Of a stretch of 64,000 nucleotides of DNA, positions 25,301 through 37,300 are shown one piece after another. Numbering within the stretch: position 1 is the first letter of the stretch; each line of letters begins with the position of its first letter. Source of the DNA: Laetmonice hystrix (lineage: Eukaryota); assembly GCA_965235115.1 (NCBI GenBank), contig OZ249438.1:39556001-39620000 (forward strand), in the 5' to 3' direction. The notes under the pieces are model-generated. The model saw only the letters and a program-made list of their open reading frames with translations. It made no database searches and was not told where the DNA came from. Both the position numbers and the translations under genes were made by a program.

Positions 25301-28300
25301 TCTCATTTATAACTAGTGGCCTCTACATGTTTAGCTATAGTCGTAAGATGTATGACAAAGTTACAATTTTTTAGAATTTCGAGATGACTACTCTAAAAAG
25401 GAATTTATTAAGAAAAGCTAATACTTGCCGTATTTTGAAATATGAAATTCATTATTTTATTTCCACTACATACCTGAATTTATTTTTATTTTTGAATTTA
25501 TTTTTCATTACCTTTGAATTAAAATAACATATATTAGAGGATAAGAACCCTCAGATATAGTTAAATAATTAATAAAATGCGGAATCTGGTAGCAGTTTAA
25601 CCATGAATGGGCCACTCAAGTCACCTTTTTCTCATTGTTCTGTCTGGACAATTTTCTGTTGACTGGATGATTACATCTCTGGTGCCTTTCCACCTAAACG
25701 CATTTATTATTACTATATTGCATCAGTCTATTATTTTTTTCAATTTTGTAATGCAGTTTCCGATTGCAAGAATGATTTCCTTTTTTTCCACCAATTATCT
25801 GATAATTTATGCATATTTCCAATGTATAGTTATTTGTTGATTTATGTATTTTGTTGTTTGGAAGTTTACAGACGATGTTTGTTGTATTATATTTTTCGAA
25901 AACATGACTTATATACCCCGTGTCTCATACTTTAGTAATCAGTTAAAACAATTCTCCAGACTAATGTCAATGATAACTGAAGTTACCAGCATGGGTTGTA
26001 CGAGAACAATGATGGGAGAGTATCAGTAAGGATGGAGGCTCGGTATTCATGCCCCGGATATTTCAAATCTCATACAATTTTGAAGAAATCAATGGATCGA
26101 GCAATGAAACAAAATTCTGATGACACTTTAGGTATAGGTTAAATAAATACGTTTTGCTTGATTTATGCAAGATCAGTGAATACTGGCCAATATTGTAATT
26201 TATTTGCTTCAAGATATTTTGTCCTATTTTCTATGACTAGTAGTATCACCCTCGGTCATAAAAAAAATCCATTACAAATAACATTGGCAGAAACTAGGCA
26301 GATATGAACATTAACTATACAAGTCACAGTGGCAGCATCGCGTCAGTAAGAGTAAATGTCGCACAAATATACCTACAGTGTTCAATTCAGGCTCAATTTT
26401 GTCCAAAAGTATCCTTCAATAGAATTCCTTAATTAAAGAGTGATATTACTGGTACGGGATAAATATGTGGGTTACCGGTACACCAAATATCATGTTATGA
26501 TTACAACTTATATCTTTTCGCGTATTCCTGCGAATAACGTTGTCTTGATCTTAATGTTCATGATTTTATCAAAAGAATTAATTTTGAAGAAAGATGATTG
26601 CAAACTGCCGCTCAGATATGGCCGAGTTGGCCCCCAGAGAGTGGAGGTTTCAAGCGTTGACCTTGGGTTTGACCCATGTAATTATACCTGGATATATCAC
26701 ATTGATCTAACCCCTCGTTATAATAGACGTATGTTAATAAAGACGCTATAATAACCTGTCTATTTACCCCCCCCCCCCCCTCACCGACCGCCGTGTAGCC
26801 AAGAAAGCCAAGGCTGAGGTGAAGATTGGCGAGGGTGGCCCTAAGGTAGAGGGTGAGGACGAGGGGCTAGGGGACGAGGTTAAACCCGACACCGAGCACG
26901 GCACGACAGTCCCTGAGGCCGGCGACATGTCCAGCTCCGACTCGGAACTCGAGAGTGACGATGACGACGAGGCGGAGAAAGGCAAGGATATGAAGGACGA
27001 AAAGGTAGAGAGTCTGACCTCTTTGTGGCATTCCCACCAAACTGGTCGTATATAGGGGCTAGGATTTGTGGCACGGATAGGTGGCATTCCCACCAAACTG
27101 GTCGTATATAGGGGCTAGGATTTGTGGCACGGATAAGTGGCATTCCTACCAAACTGGTCGTATATAGGGGCTAGGATTTGTGGCACGGATAGGTGGCATT
27201 CCCACCAAACTATAGGGCTAGGATTTGTGGCACGGATAGGTGGCATTCCCACCAAACTGGTCGTATATAGGGCTAGGATTTGTGGCATGGATAGGGATGG
27301 GGTATAGGCGGCGATCATTAGAATAAGGAGGGGGAGGGCTCGAGTTTGTGGGGGAAAATGATTTGACACAAGCGAAAAAATGTTATCCTGTAAGGAAGGT
27401 GATTTTTTTCTGCTGTGAGGTAAATTCCAGTCCTTCCTGTCAGGATGGACGTATACGATCCGGATCGGAATCGGAATCCAATCTAACCATGTTGCATGGT
27501 TAATGATAGCTGTAAATGAGGCTTGCTAATTAAGGTGTGGAATATGACTTGTGACGCTTGCAGGGGACAGCCGGCCAGGAGGCTGAGGCAGGCATGGAGA
27601 TGTCAGCACTCGTAAACTACATCCAACCAGTCCACTTCCATTCGTTCGAGAACGCTGACAGTAGGTTCCTCTCAGTCTTTACCGTCTGCTCTCCCAAGTC
27701 GATCAAATTGGGCCAAGGTCATTCGTGTGACTTGTTGGATTCTGACATAGGAAAGGGCTGTGTAAAGTGCTATTCTAAATTTGACATTTTGCCAGCATTT
27801 TTGTGGATGCAGTTGTAGCCAGTTGAAGGTGCTTCAAGAGTCGGGAAATTGTTTGATTTTTCAAGTTTTTATTTCAAACTCTGTACACTTCTGTTTTTCA
27901 GAGAGGAACCGAAGCTACGAGTGTTCATCGTTCGTTGAGACACAAGCTACCGCCCTGCTGAAGGAATCGCCAGTTGAATTTGTCAAGTATCCTTGAAACA
28001 GTTATATCTTAATTAGCAGTCCTTACGTAGAGAAGTGGGCATTGCCCAATGGCCCCTCCAGCACGCCATTAATTCTGTAATACGTTACTACCGGGTTGGA
28101 AGATTGGGGAAGTAGTAGGATGATTTCTATGGGCCTTAACTCGAACCCAGCTACAATAAACGCCAGATCAGCAGAATCTACCCGAAGGGAACACGCGTCG
28201 ACTCGAGTAACTATATGCCACAGGTTTGTAAACGGAATTTATCACTAAGTAGATCATGATAATTCATTGTTGAATTCATCACTGCAGTGAGTGTCTTTTA

Positions 28301-31300
28301 GTCAGTCATAATCTTTAGAACATTAGAACTAAAATTCCAGACGTTTCATCTAATTATACTGACTTTTTGGTGTTATTTTCCAGATTTTCTGGAATGCAGG
28401 CTGTCAGTTGGTGGCCCTAAACTTCCAAACTCTAGGTGAGTCACAGTTCAGTTATTACTCGTAAACTTCTAAACGCTAGGTGAGTCACAGTTCAGTTATT
28501 ACTCGTAAACTTCCAAACTCTAGGTGAGTCACAGTTCGGTTATTACTCGTAAACTTCCAAACTCTAGGTGAGTCACAGTTCGGTTATTACTCGTAAACTT
28601 CTAAACTCTAGGTGAGTCACAGTTCGGTTATTACTCGTAAACTTCTAAACGCTAGGTGAGTCACAGTTCGGTTATTACTCGTAAACTTCTAAACGCTAGG
28701 TGAGTCACAGTTCGGTTATTTCTCGTAAACTTCCAAACTCTAGGTGAGTCACAGTTCGGTTATTACTCGTAAACTTCTAAACGCTAGGTGAGTCACAGTT
28801 CGGTTATTACTCATACACGTGTGACTTCATCTGCCCCGTAGCACGACGTAAACCTTAGATTGGTGATTCTCCAATACCTGATGATTCGGTTTTAGATCTG
28901 GCCATGATGCTGAACCTAGGAATCTTTGAATACAACGGTCGTAGTGGTTACATCCTCAAACCCGACTTCATGAGACGCAAGGACCGAACCTTCGACCCGT
29001 TCGCCGAGTCCACAGTCGATGGAATCATCGCAGGAACCGTAGAAATTAAAGTGAGTAGTAGTAGTGTCGGATCTTTATCTCGATTTCTATAAGTGTCAGT
29101 CAAAACACTTGCTCAAAGCGACATTAGTTGTTAGTCTTATATTCAGACATGTGTTGACGTTTTCCCTTGCTGCAGATCCTCTCCGGCCAATTCCTAACAG
29201 ACAAGAAAGTCGGAACGTACGTGGAGGTGGACATGTATGGCCTTCCTGCGGATACGGTTCGGAAGAAATTCCGTACGAAGACAGTCCCGGGCAATGGAAT
29301 CTGTCCCGTCTATGATGAGGATATGTTTATTTTCAAGAAGGTAACGCACACCCTGTTCTCCATGCACCTGTTCAAGTCGAAAGTAAAAATGACGTTGTAA
29401 TGTCGGCATATGACACGGATTAATGGATCTGAAGATAGTGGATTAGAACAGGAGAGAATCTGGCGTTGAACTATTCCTTGGATTTGTTTGCAGGTGGTGT
29501 TACCGAACCTGGCAACGTTGAGGATTGGTGTGAACGATGAGAACGGACGTTTGCTGGGTCACAGAGTACTACCGGTAGAGGGCCTCAGACCAGGTTGGTG
29601 GGCGGCAGGCAGTTTCATACACTTAATGGTGAAAGTCTATAACAATTTGTGCAAACATTATTGTATTGAACCATTTAAAGATTTTACAAAAACACTGCAT
29701 CCAAGATAAATGTTTAAAAGGATTTACTTGCGTTTTGACTTTTGGGATAACTTTGATTTGTTTCAAAGCTAAGGTATTTATGTTGGTTGTCTTGTGACGA
29801 CGTGTTTTGGGCGCCCTTTGTTTCTGCTGTTATCAACTGATGATATCTATGTGATTCCTACAATTTCTGCTGTTATCAACTGATGATATCTATGTGATTC
29901 CTACCATTTCTGCTGTTATCAACTGATGATATCTATGTGATTCCGACAAGTTCTGCTGTTAACTGATGTATGTATGTGATTCGTACACTTTCTGCTCCTT
30001 GTCGTCAGGATATCGACATATCGGTTTACGAAACGAACTCAACCAGCCTCAGAACCTCTCAACTCTATTCGTTCACATCAAGGTCAAAGATTATGTACCG
30101 GACTCGTTCGCAGGTACCGTCACTCTAACTATTGCCCCTTGGTAATTAATCTCTAATCATGAATTATATTCTCGATATTAGCCTGATTATTGCGATCTAT
30201 TTTAACACCCCCCCCCCCCCCCGTTTGACTGGCTCTCATTGACCTCTGTGATTTCAGACTTTGCCGCGGCCTTGGCCAACCCGATCGCCTACCAGTCAGC
30301 GTTGGAGAAACACGCTGAACAACTCGCTGTTCTGGAGGAAGATTTTGATGCGCCGGTGAGTTAAACCTTGAAATGGTGAATGTGAACCCCTGACCCCACG
30401 GAATAACTGTCCTGATTATGTCTGGTCGTGGTAGGTTATAGTATTGGCATGGGGATTTGTATGTAATGATAATGGCATGTGTGTTTATGTTTTACATGGG
30501 GATTTGTATGTAATGATAATGGCATGTGTGTTTATGTTTTATTTAAATACCTGTGGAAGTACATTGTGTTGAGGAGCCAGTTATTACGAGACTGGAGTGG
30601 CAGGTACAGTTGTGTATCTGCCCCCTGGCGGTAGTAGGACACACCAGATTCAAGGCTCGGGTGGAGTTAGCTATGTGCCACCTGGCGGCAGTGGGCCACA
30701 CTAGGGGTCTGCTGAAACTTCATTTCTTCCCACTTTGAAAACACATATTAAGAGAACAAATATGCAGTACATGAATTCACCTACATGAATGTGTGCATTT
30801 TCTACTCAAGCAAATGACAAATGCTTATCACAATGGACCTTGAAATGACAACTGACATTGAAACAAACATGTTAGGCGGTAATTGGAACGAACCTGATAA
30901 ACTTTCTGCTCAGGTCTTTGAATGCAAACGAGTCACCATTGATGGCGCAAACTGTCGGTGAAGGGCTCTCTAATACAACAGACCTGATATCCAATAAGTT
31001 TGTAACTACATTTCAGCAAACTAAGGACACAAACCCTGCACCTATGAAACCTAAGTTGAAGGTAGGTAGATTAGGTATAAGCCGGCGCGGTCTGTATTAT
31101 AGTATGGTAGTGTTACTGGTCAATTTGTATATGTAATTATTGATGTACCTGAGTGACATACAGCTGGTCTCAGTTGGTATCCCTCGATCGTCTTATAATA
31201 GTGACGATCAACCACAGCAGTGTGTGCGTGTACTACTTACAGCAGTACGTGTACTACTTACAGCAGTAGATGTACAACTTACAGCAGTACATGTACTACT

Positions 31301-34300
31301 TACAGCCGTACATGTACTACTTACAGCAGTACATGTACCACTTACAGCAGTACGTGTACCACTTACAGCAGTACGTGTACCACTTACAGCAGTACGTGTA
31401 CCACTTACAGCAGTACGGGTACCACTTACAGCAGTACGTGTACCACTTACAGCAGTACGTGTACCACTTACAGCAGTACGTGTACCACTTACAGCAGTAC
31501 GTGTACCACTTACAGCAGTACGTGTACCACTTACAGCAGTACGTGTACCACTTACAGCAGTACGTGTACCACTTACAGCAGTACGTGTACCACTTACAGC
31601 AGTACGTGTACCACTTACAGCAGTACGTGTACCACTTACAGCAGTACGTGTACCACTTACAGCAGTACGTGTACTACTTACAGCAGTACGTGTACTACTT
31701 ACAGCAGTACGTGTACTACTTACAGCAGTACATGTACTACTTACAGCAGTACGTGTACTACTTACAGCAGTACGGGTACTACTTACAGCAGTACGTGTAC
31801 TACTTACAGCAGTACGTGTACTACGTACAACAGTACGGGTACCACTTACAGCAGTACGGGTACCACTTACAGCAGTACGGGTACTACTTACAGCAGTACG
31901 GGTACTACTTACAGCAGTACGGGTACTACTTACAGCAGTACGTGTACTACTTACAGCAGTACGTGTACTACTTACAGCAGTACGTGTACTACTTACAGCA
32001 GTACGTGTACTACTTACAGCAGTACGTGTACTACTTACAGCAGTACGTGTACTACTTACAGCAGTACGTGTACTACTTACAGCAGTACGTGTACTACTTA
32101 CAGCAGTACGGGTACTACTTACAGCAGTACGGGTACTACTTACAGCAGTACGGGTACTACTTACAGCAGTACGGGTACTACTTACAGCAGTACGGGTACC
32201 ACTTACAGCAGTACGTGTACTACTTACTGCTTCACGCCAGTTTGATGATGTGAGTTCACCATGTTACCGGTTCATAGAAATTACCCTCACTACTACTGTG
32301 TGATTAGAGCTGAGCGTTGGATTAGTCTCATTGCCTTTTTGTTTGACAAAATAATACTGAGGATACGTATTAATCGACATGTCACTGAGTATGCCTGTTT
32401 ATTTTAGCGATCCATCGCTCGATATAACTTTGGTAGATTAAGTGGATGGTTTTAGATAGGCAGTAAGCCTGATTCCGTATTTAAGAAGCAATAGAAGTTA
32501 GCATGGCATCGAGGAATGGCCCGAAAGGGGCTCAACTGTTTGGTTTGCATATTTTGTAGCACGTCTTGTTTCAAAAACTAGATAGGAGTTAAGATTTTCT
32601 TCGGTGTACTAACGGTTTGTCGAGCCTCGGAGTGAAGGTAGAAGGTCAGAGGTCATCCCAGTAACAAAAGTAAAGGAATTCACGGTCTGTCACAAAAGTT
32701 TGGATTTTTTTCTGTGTTTGTTTATTTAGGGGGTGGGGGGTCGGGTCGGGTCGGGTTGGAGGGGGGGGGCTTCCAATCAGGGCGTGTAAGCAATGCTATA
32801 GATTGGTGGTCTTGACGTCAAGATTATGGATCCCACTATACCAGGGTCATTGACCCATGATACCTGACCATACCTTCATCACCGGGTCCGACCTGTGTTA
32901 GTCTACCGACCTGTGTGTTCATCAAACTATGTGTTCATCAGATGAGTCAAACATCGGTAAGCGACCTGAGATCTTGTCGATCAGAGAATCAACGTCTCAA
33001 TGACGCTTCTCAGTCTTTAAATCTGCTTGGTTCGGACATAGATCTCAGTACGTATGTGTGGACAGACAGACACAAAGTATTGTTGTGTTGGTTCGGACAT
33101 AGATCTCAGTACGTATGTGTGGACAGACAGACACAAAGTATTGTTGCGTTGCCCCAGTTTGAGAGACAATTGTACAAGATGTCCTTCCACATCTTGAAAC
33201 ATTTGTGAATTTTTGTGAATCATGATTATTGTGTCTTTTTGTCAGGAAATAAATGACATTACAAAAATAGTTTGAAGTATGAAACATGAAGCTGCATGAC
33301 ATGATCTTCTTTACACCATACTAATCAACTAATTACCAATAGTAACCGACAGTCTTCAGGATAATCAACCCATGACATACTGGACCGACAGTCTCCAGGA
33401 TAATCAACCCATGACATACTGGACCGACAGTCTCCAGGGTAATCAACCCATGACATACTGGACCGACAGTCTCCAGGATAATCAACCCATGACATACTGG
33501 ACCGACAGTCTCCAGGATAATCAACCCATGACATACTGGACCGACAGTCTCCAGGATAATCAACCCATGACATACTGGACCGACAGTCTCCAGGATAATC
33601 AACCCATGACATACTGGACCGACAGTCTCCAGGATAATCAACCCATGACATACTGGACCGACAGTCTCCAGGATAATCAACCCATGACATACTGGACCGA
33701 CAGTCTCCAGGATAATCAACCCATGACATACTGGACCCATTGGGGGCTGATAGGTGTGACTGGGGCTGGTAGGCGTGACTGGGTCTGATAGGTATGACTG
33801 GAAGGCGTGACTGGGTCTGATAGGTGTGACTGGAAGGCGTGACTGGGTCTGATAGGTGTGACTGGAAGGCGTGACTGGGTCTGATAGGTGTGACTGGAAG
33901 GCGTGACTGGGTCTGATAGGTGTGACTGGTAGGCGTGACTGGGTCTGATAGGTGTGGCTGGTAGGCGTGACTGGGTCTGATAGGTGTGACTGGAAGGCGT
34001 GACTGGTGGCTGATAGGTGTGACTGGAAGGCGTGACTGGGGGCTGATAGGTATGACTGGAAGGCGTGACTGGTGGCTGATAGGTGGACTGGAAGGCGTGA
34101 CTAGTGGCTGGTGGATGTGACTGGAGGGCGTGACTAGTGGCTGGTAGATGTGACACTGGAAGGCGTGACTGGTGGCTGATAGGTGTGACTGGAAGGCATG
34201 ACTGGTGGCTGATAGGTATGACTGGTAGGCGTGACTGGGGGCTGATAGGTGGACTGGAAGGCGTGACTAGTGGCTGGTGGATGTGACTGGAGGGCGTGAC

Positions 34301-37300
34301 TAGTGGCTGATAGGTATGACTGGAGGGCGTGACTGGGGGCTGATAGGTATGACTGGAGGGCGTGATTAGTGGCTGGTAGATGTGACTGGAGGGCGTGACT
34401 AGTGGCTGATAGGTATGACTGGAGGGCGTGACTGGGGGCTGATAGGTGTGACTGGAGGGCGTGATTAGTGGCTGGTAGATGTGACTGGAGGGCGTGACTA
34501 GTGGCTGATAGGTATGACTGGAGGGCGTGACTGGGGGCTGATAGGTATGACTGGAGGGCGTGATTAGTGGCTGGTAGATGTGGAGGGCGTGACTGGTAGT
34601 GGCTGGTAGATGTGACTGGAGGGCGTGACTGGTAGTGGCTGGTAGATGTACCTGGGACCTCGTGTCGTCCAGTCTCATTCCTACACCACCTTGGCTTTGT
34701 TTCAGATGCTGATGAGGCTTGGCAGCAGCAGTGCCCGTAGTAGTCTCAGTAAAGATAGTATAGTAAGTGGTGGTAGGCGAACAGGTCGTTACTGTGACAC
34801 TGATCGTGAACACGTGGACGTACAGACACGTGCACGCACGGCCACGTCATCCACCCTGCACACACACACACACACGTGCTGTCGTTAACGTGCAGAGTCG
34901 TATAGATGTCAGTGGAAGATTGTGATTATTACGAGGCAGAGATCATAGCTTGTCAATTAACCGAGTCAGTCGATGGCTAAGTGACCACAGTGGTGTCACA
35001 CACTGAACCCTTGACAAACGATATCCCGATGGGTTTTACCGGGAAGTTTTTCATTTATTTTCTTGAATCCATTTATGAAATGTCGAACCTGCGTTTATAT
35101 AGTACATGTACAGATAACAAGGTTATGGTTGTGTAAAAAAAATGTTGTGTGCTATTGTACATGACGTGAATATGCAATATCGTCCAAGGTACTGCACACA
35201 TGTGGGACAATTAAAGGATGACCTCCGAGACCAAATCTATTGGTGCGTTGGGCCTCTAGCTGCTGATGTAGTTTACATGTGCGACTACCACTTTAACTGG
35301 TTGGTGCTAGTCTGCTACTCGTTGTGTAGCAAAAATAGATCACCACATGTGCAACAAAAGTTTTAAAAAGTTTCTATAAAAACACGTCTCTGAGTCCATG
35401 TCAACCCGATCTTTTTTTTTAAGTCGAGGCACTGATTCTCTACTCAATATGACCATGACTTGTTGCTAGTCTGTATAAAAAAAAGTTATCTAACATCTAT
35501 TTTCTCCATTGATCGGATGCCATCCTCCCACATATGTAGGCCTGTACCATGGTATACTGGCACTGTCATAGCCCCAGTTGATGTATTACTATGTGTGGTC
35601 CACAGCGTGTCATTATACAGTATAATATACAGTATAAGGTGCCTAATTACGCGAATCACCTTATTGACGTCAGAGATACACCTGAATCATAATAATAAAC
35701 TAACAACAGAAACAACAGATACAAACGTTTTCACACGGAAACCTGAGGCGAGGGTATATCAGATACACAGTCTCACATTAATAGAAAAATAGGCCCGGCC
35801 ACAGACGGGGGAAGGCGGCCTGCCACTGCCCGGCGGGTGACCCGACCAGCGGGCGGGCGGCCACAGACGGGGGAGGGCGGCCTGGCAGTGCCCGGCGGGT
35901 GACCCGACCAGCGGGCGGGCGGCCACAGACGGGGGAGGGCGGCCTGCCACTGCCCGGCGGGTGACCCGACCAGCGGGCGGGCGGCCACAGACGGGGGAGG
36001 GCGGCCTGGCAGTGCCCGGCGGGTGACCCGACCAGCGGGCGGGCGGCCACAGACGGGGGAGGGCGGCCTGCCACTGCCCGGCGGGTGACCCGACCAGCGG
36101 GCGGGCGGCCACAGACGGGGGAGGGCGGCCTGGCAGTGCCCGGCGGGTGACCCGACCAGCGGGCGGGCGGCCACAGACGGGGGAGGGCGGCCTGGCAGTG
36201 CCCGCCGGGTGACCCGACCAGCGGGCGGGCGGCCACAGACGGGGGAGGGCGGCCTGGCAGTGCCCGCCGGGTGACCCGACCAGCGGGCGGGCGGCCACAG
36301 ACGGGGGAGGGCGGCCACAGACGGGGGAGGGCGGCCTGCTACTGCCCGGCGGCTGACCCGACCAGCGGGCGGGCGGCCACAGACGGGGGAGGGCGGCCTG
36401 GCAGTGCCCGGCGGGTGACCCGACCAGCGGGCGGGCGGGCGGCCACAGACGGGGGCGGGCGGCCACAGACGGGGGAGGGCGGCCTGGCAGTGCCCGGCGG
36501 GTGACCCGACCAGCGGGCAGGCGGCCACAGACGGGGGAGGGCGGCCTGCCACTGCCCGGCGGGTGACCCGACCAGCGGGAGGGCGGCCACAGACGGGGGA
36601 GGGCGGCCTGGCAGTGCCCGGCGGGTGACCCGACCAGCGGGCGGGCGGCCACAGACTGTGCTGATTGTGAATACCCGTGTCGTGTGTATTTTTTCCGAAC
36701 TCACTCGACATCTTGTTGTGTTGCAGGACGAAGAGCCCGACTCTGCAGCCTCGGCCGCCTCCGCCTCCGCCACGGCGGCCGCGCCCGCCGCCAAGCGGGA
36801 GGAGCCGGGTATCAGTCGTGCCCGCAACCAGTCACTCATGTCCAAGAAGGGCGGCACTGACTCGGCGCCCGTACTCAGCCGGGGTGGGAGCGTCCACAAT
36901 CCGATCAGTAAACAGGAGAGCACGGTCTCAGCGCTGTCCCAGGGTTCCGGGGGCTCGGGTAAGTCAGCACACCTATACCACTCAGAGAATCTGTCGGTGA
37001 GAATCAGGGGTGTGCCTTACAACATACCGTTAGCTTGTCTTGTAACACCCAGGTACTTTCGGTGTGTATTTTAACGCACGGCGGGATAGCGGTGGTTATG
37101 TAACGTATACCCCTGAATGAAGAGGGACCAGTGGTCTTCACTGTCCTAACAAATACATAGTACCGTCTGCCACGGGTGAGGGGCCTCATGTTCAAGCTGT
37201 TCTCTCAATGTGTACGCAGTTTTAAGGATCCACTTGAAGTCTCCTTGCGTACTAAATATTTTGAACCCACTTGTAGAAAACCTTGAAAATGACGGAAATC

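Noticed and set aside
26617-26680. A-box-like TGGCCGAGTTGG and B-box-like GGTTTGACCC (tRNA or SINE head)
   Set aside because: B box is degenerate, no cloverleaf, no second copy in the window.
31140-32303. Three overlapping + strand ORFs of 327-387 aa ([21 protein letters not shown] repeats)
   Set aside because: The 21-bp unit happens to be stop-free; no fitting splice sites and no preferred frame.
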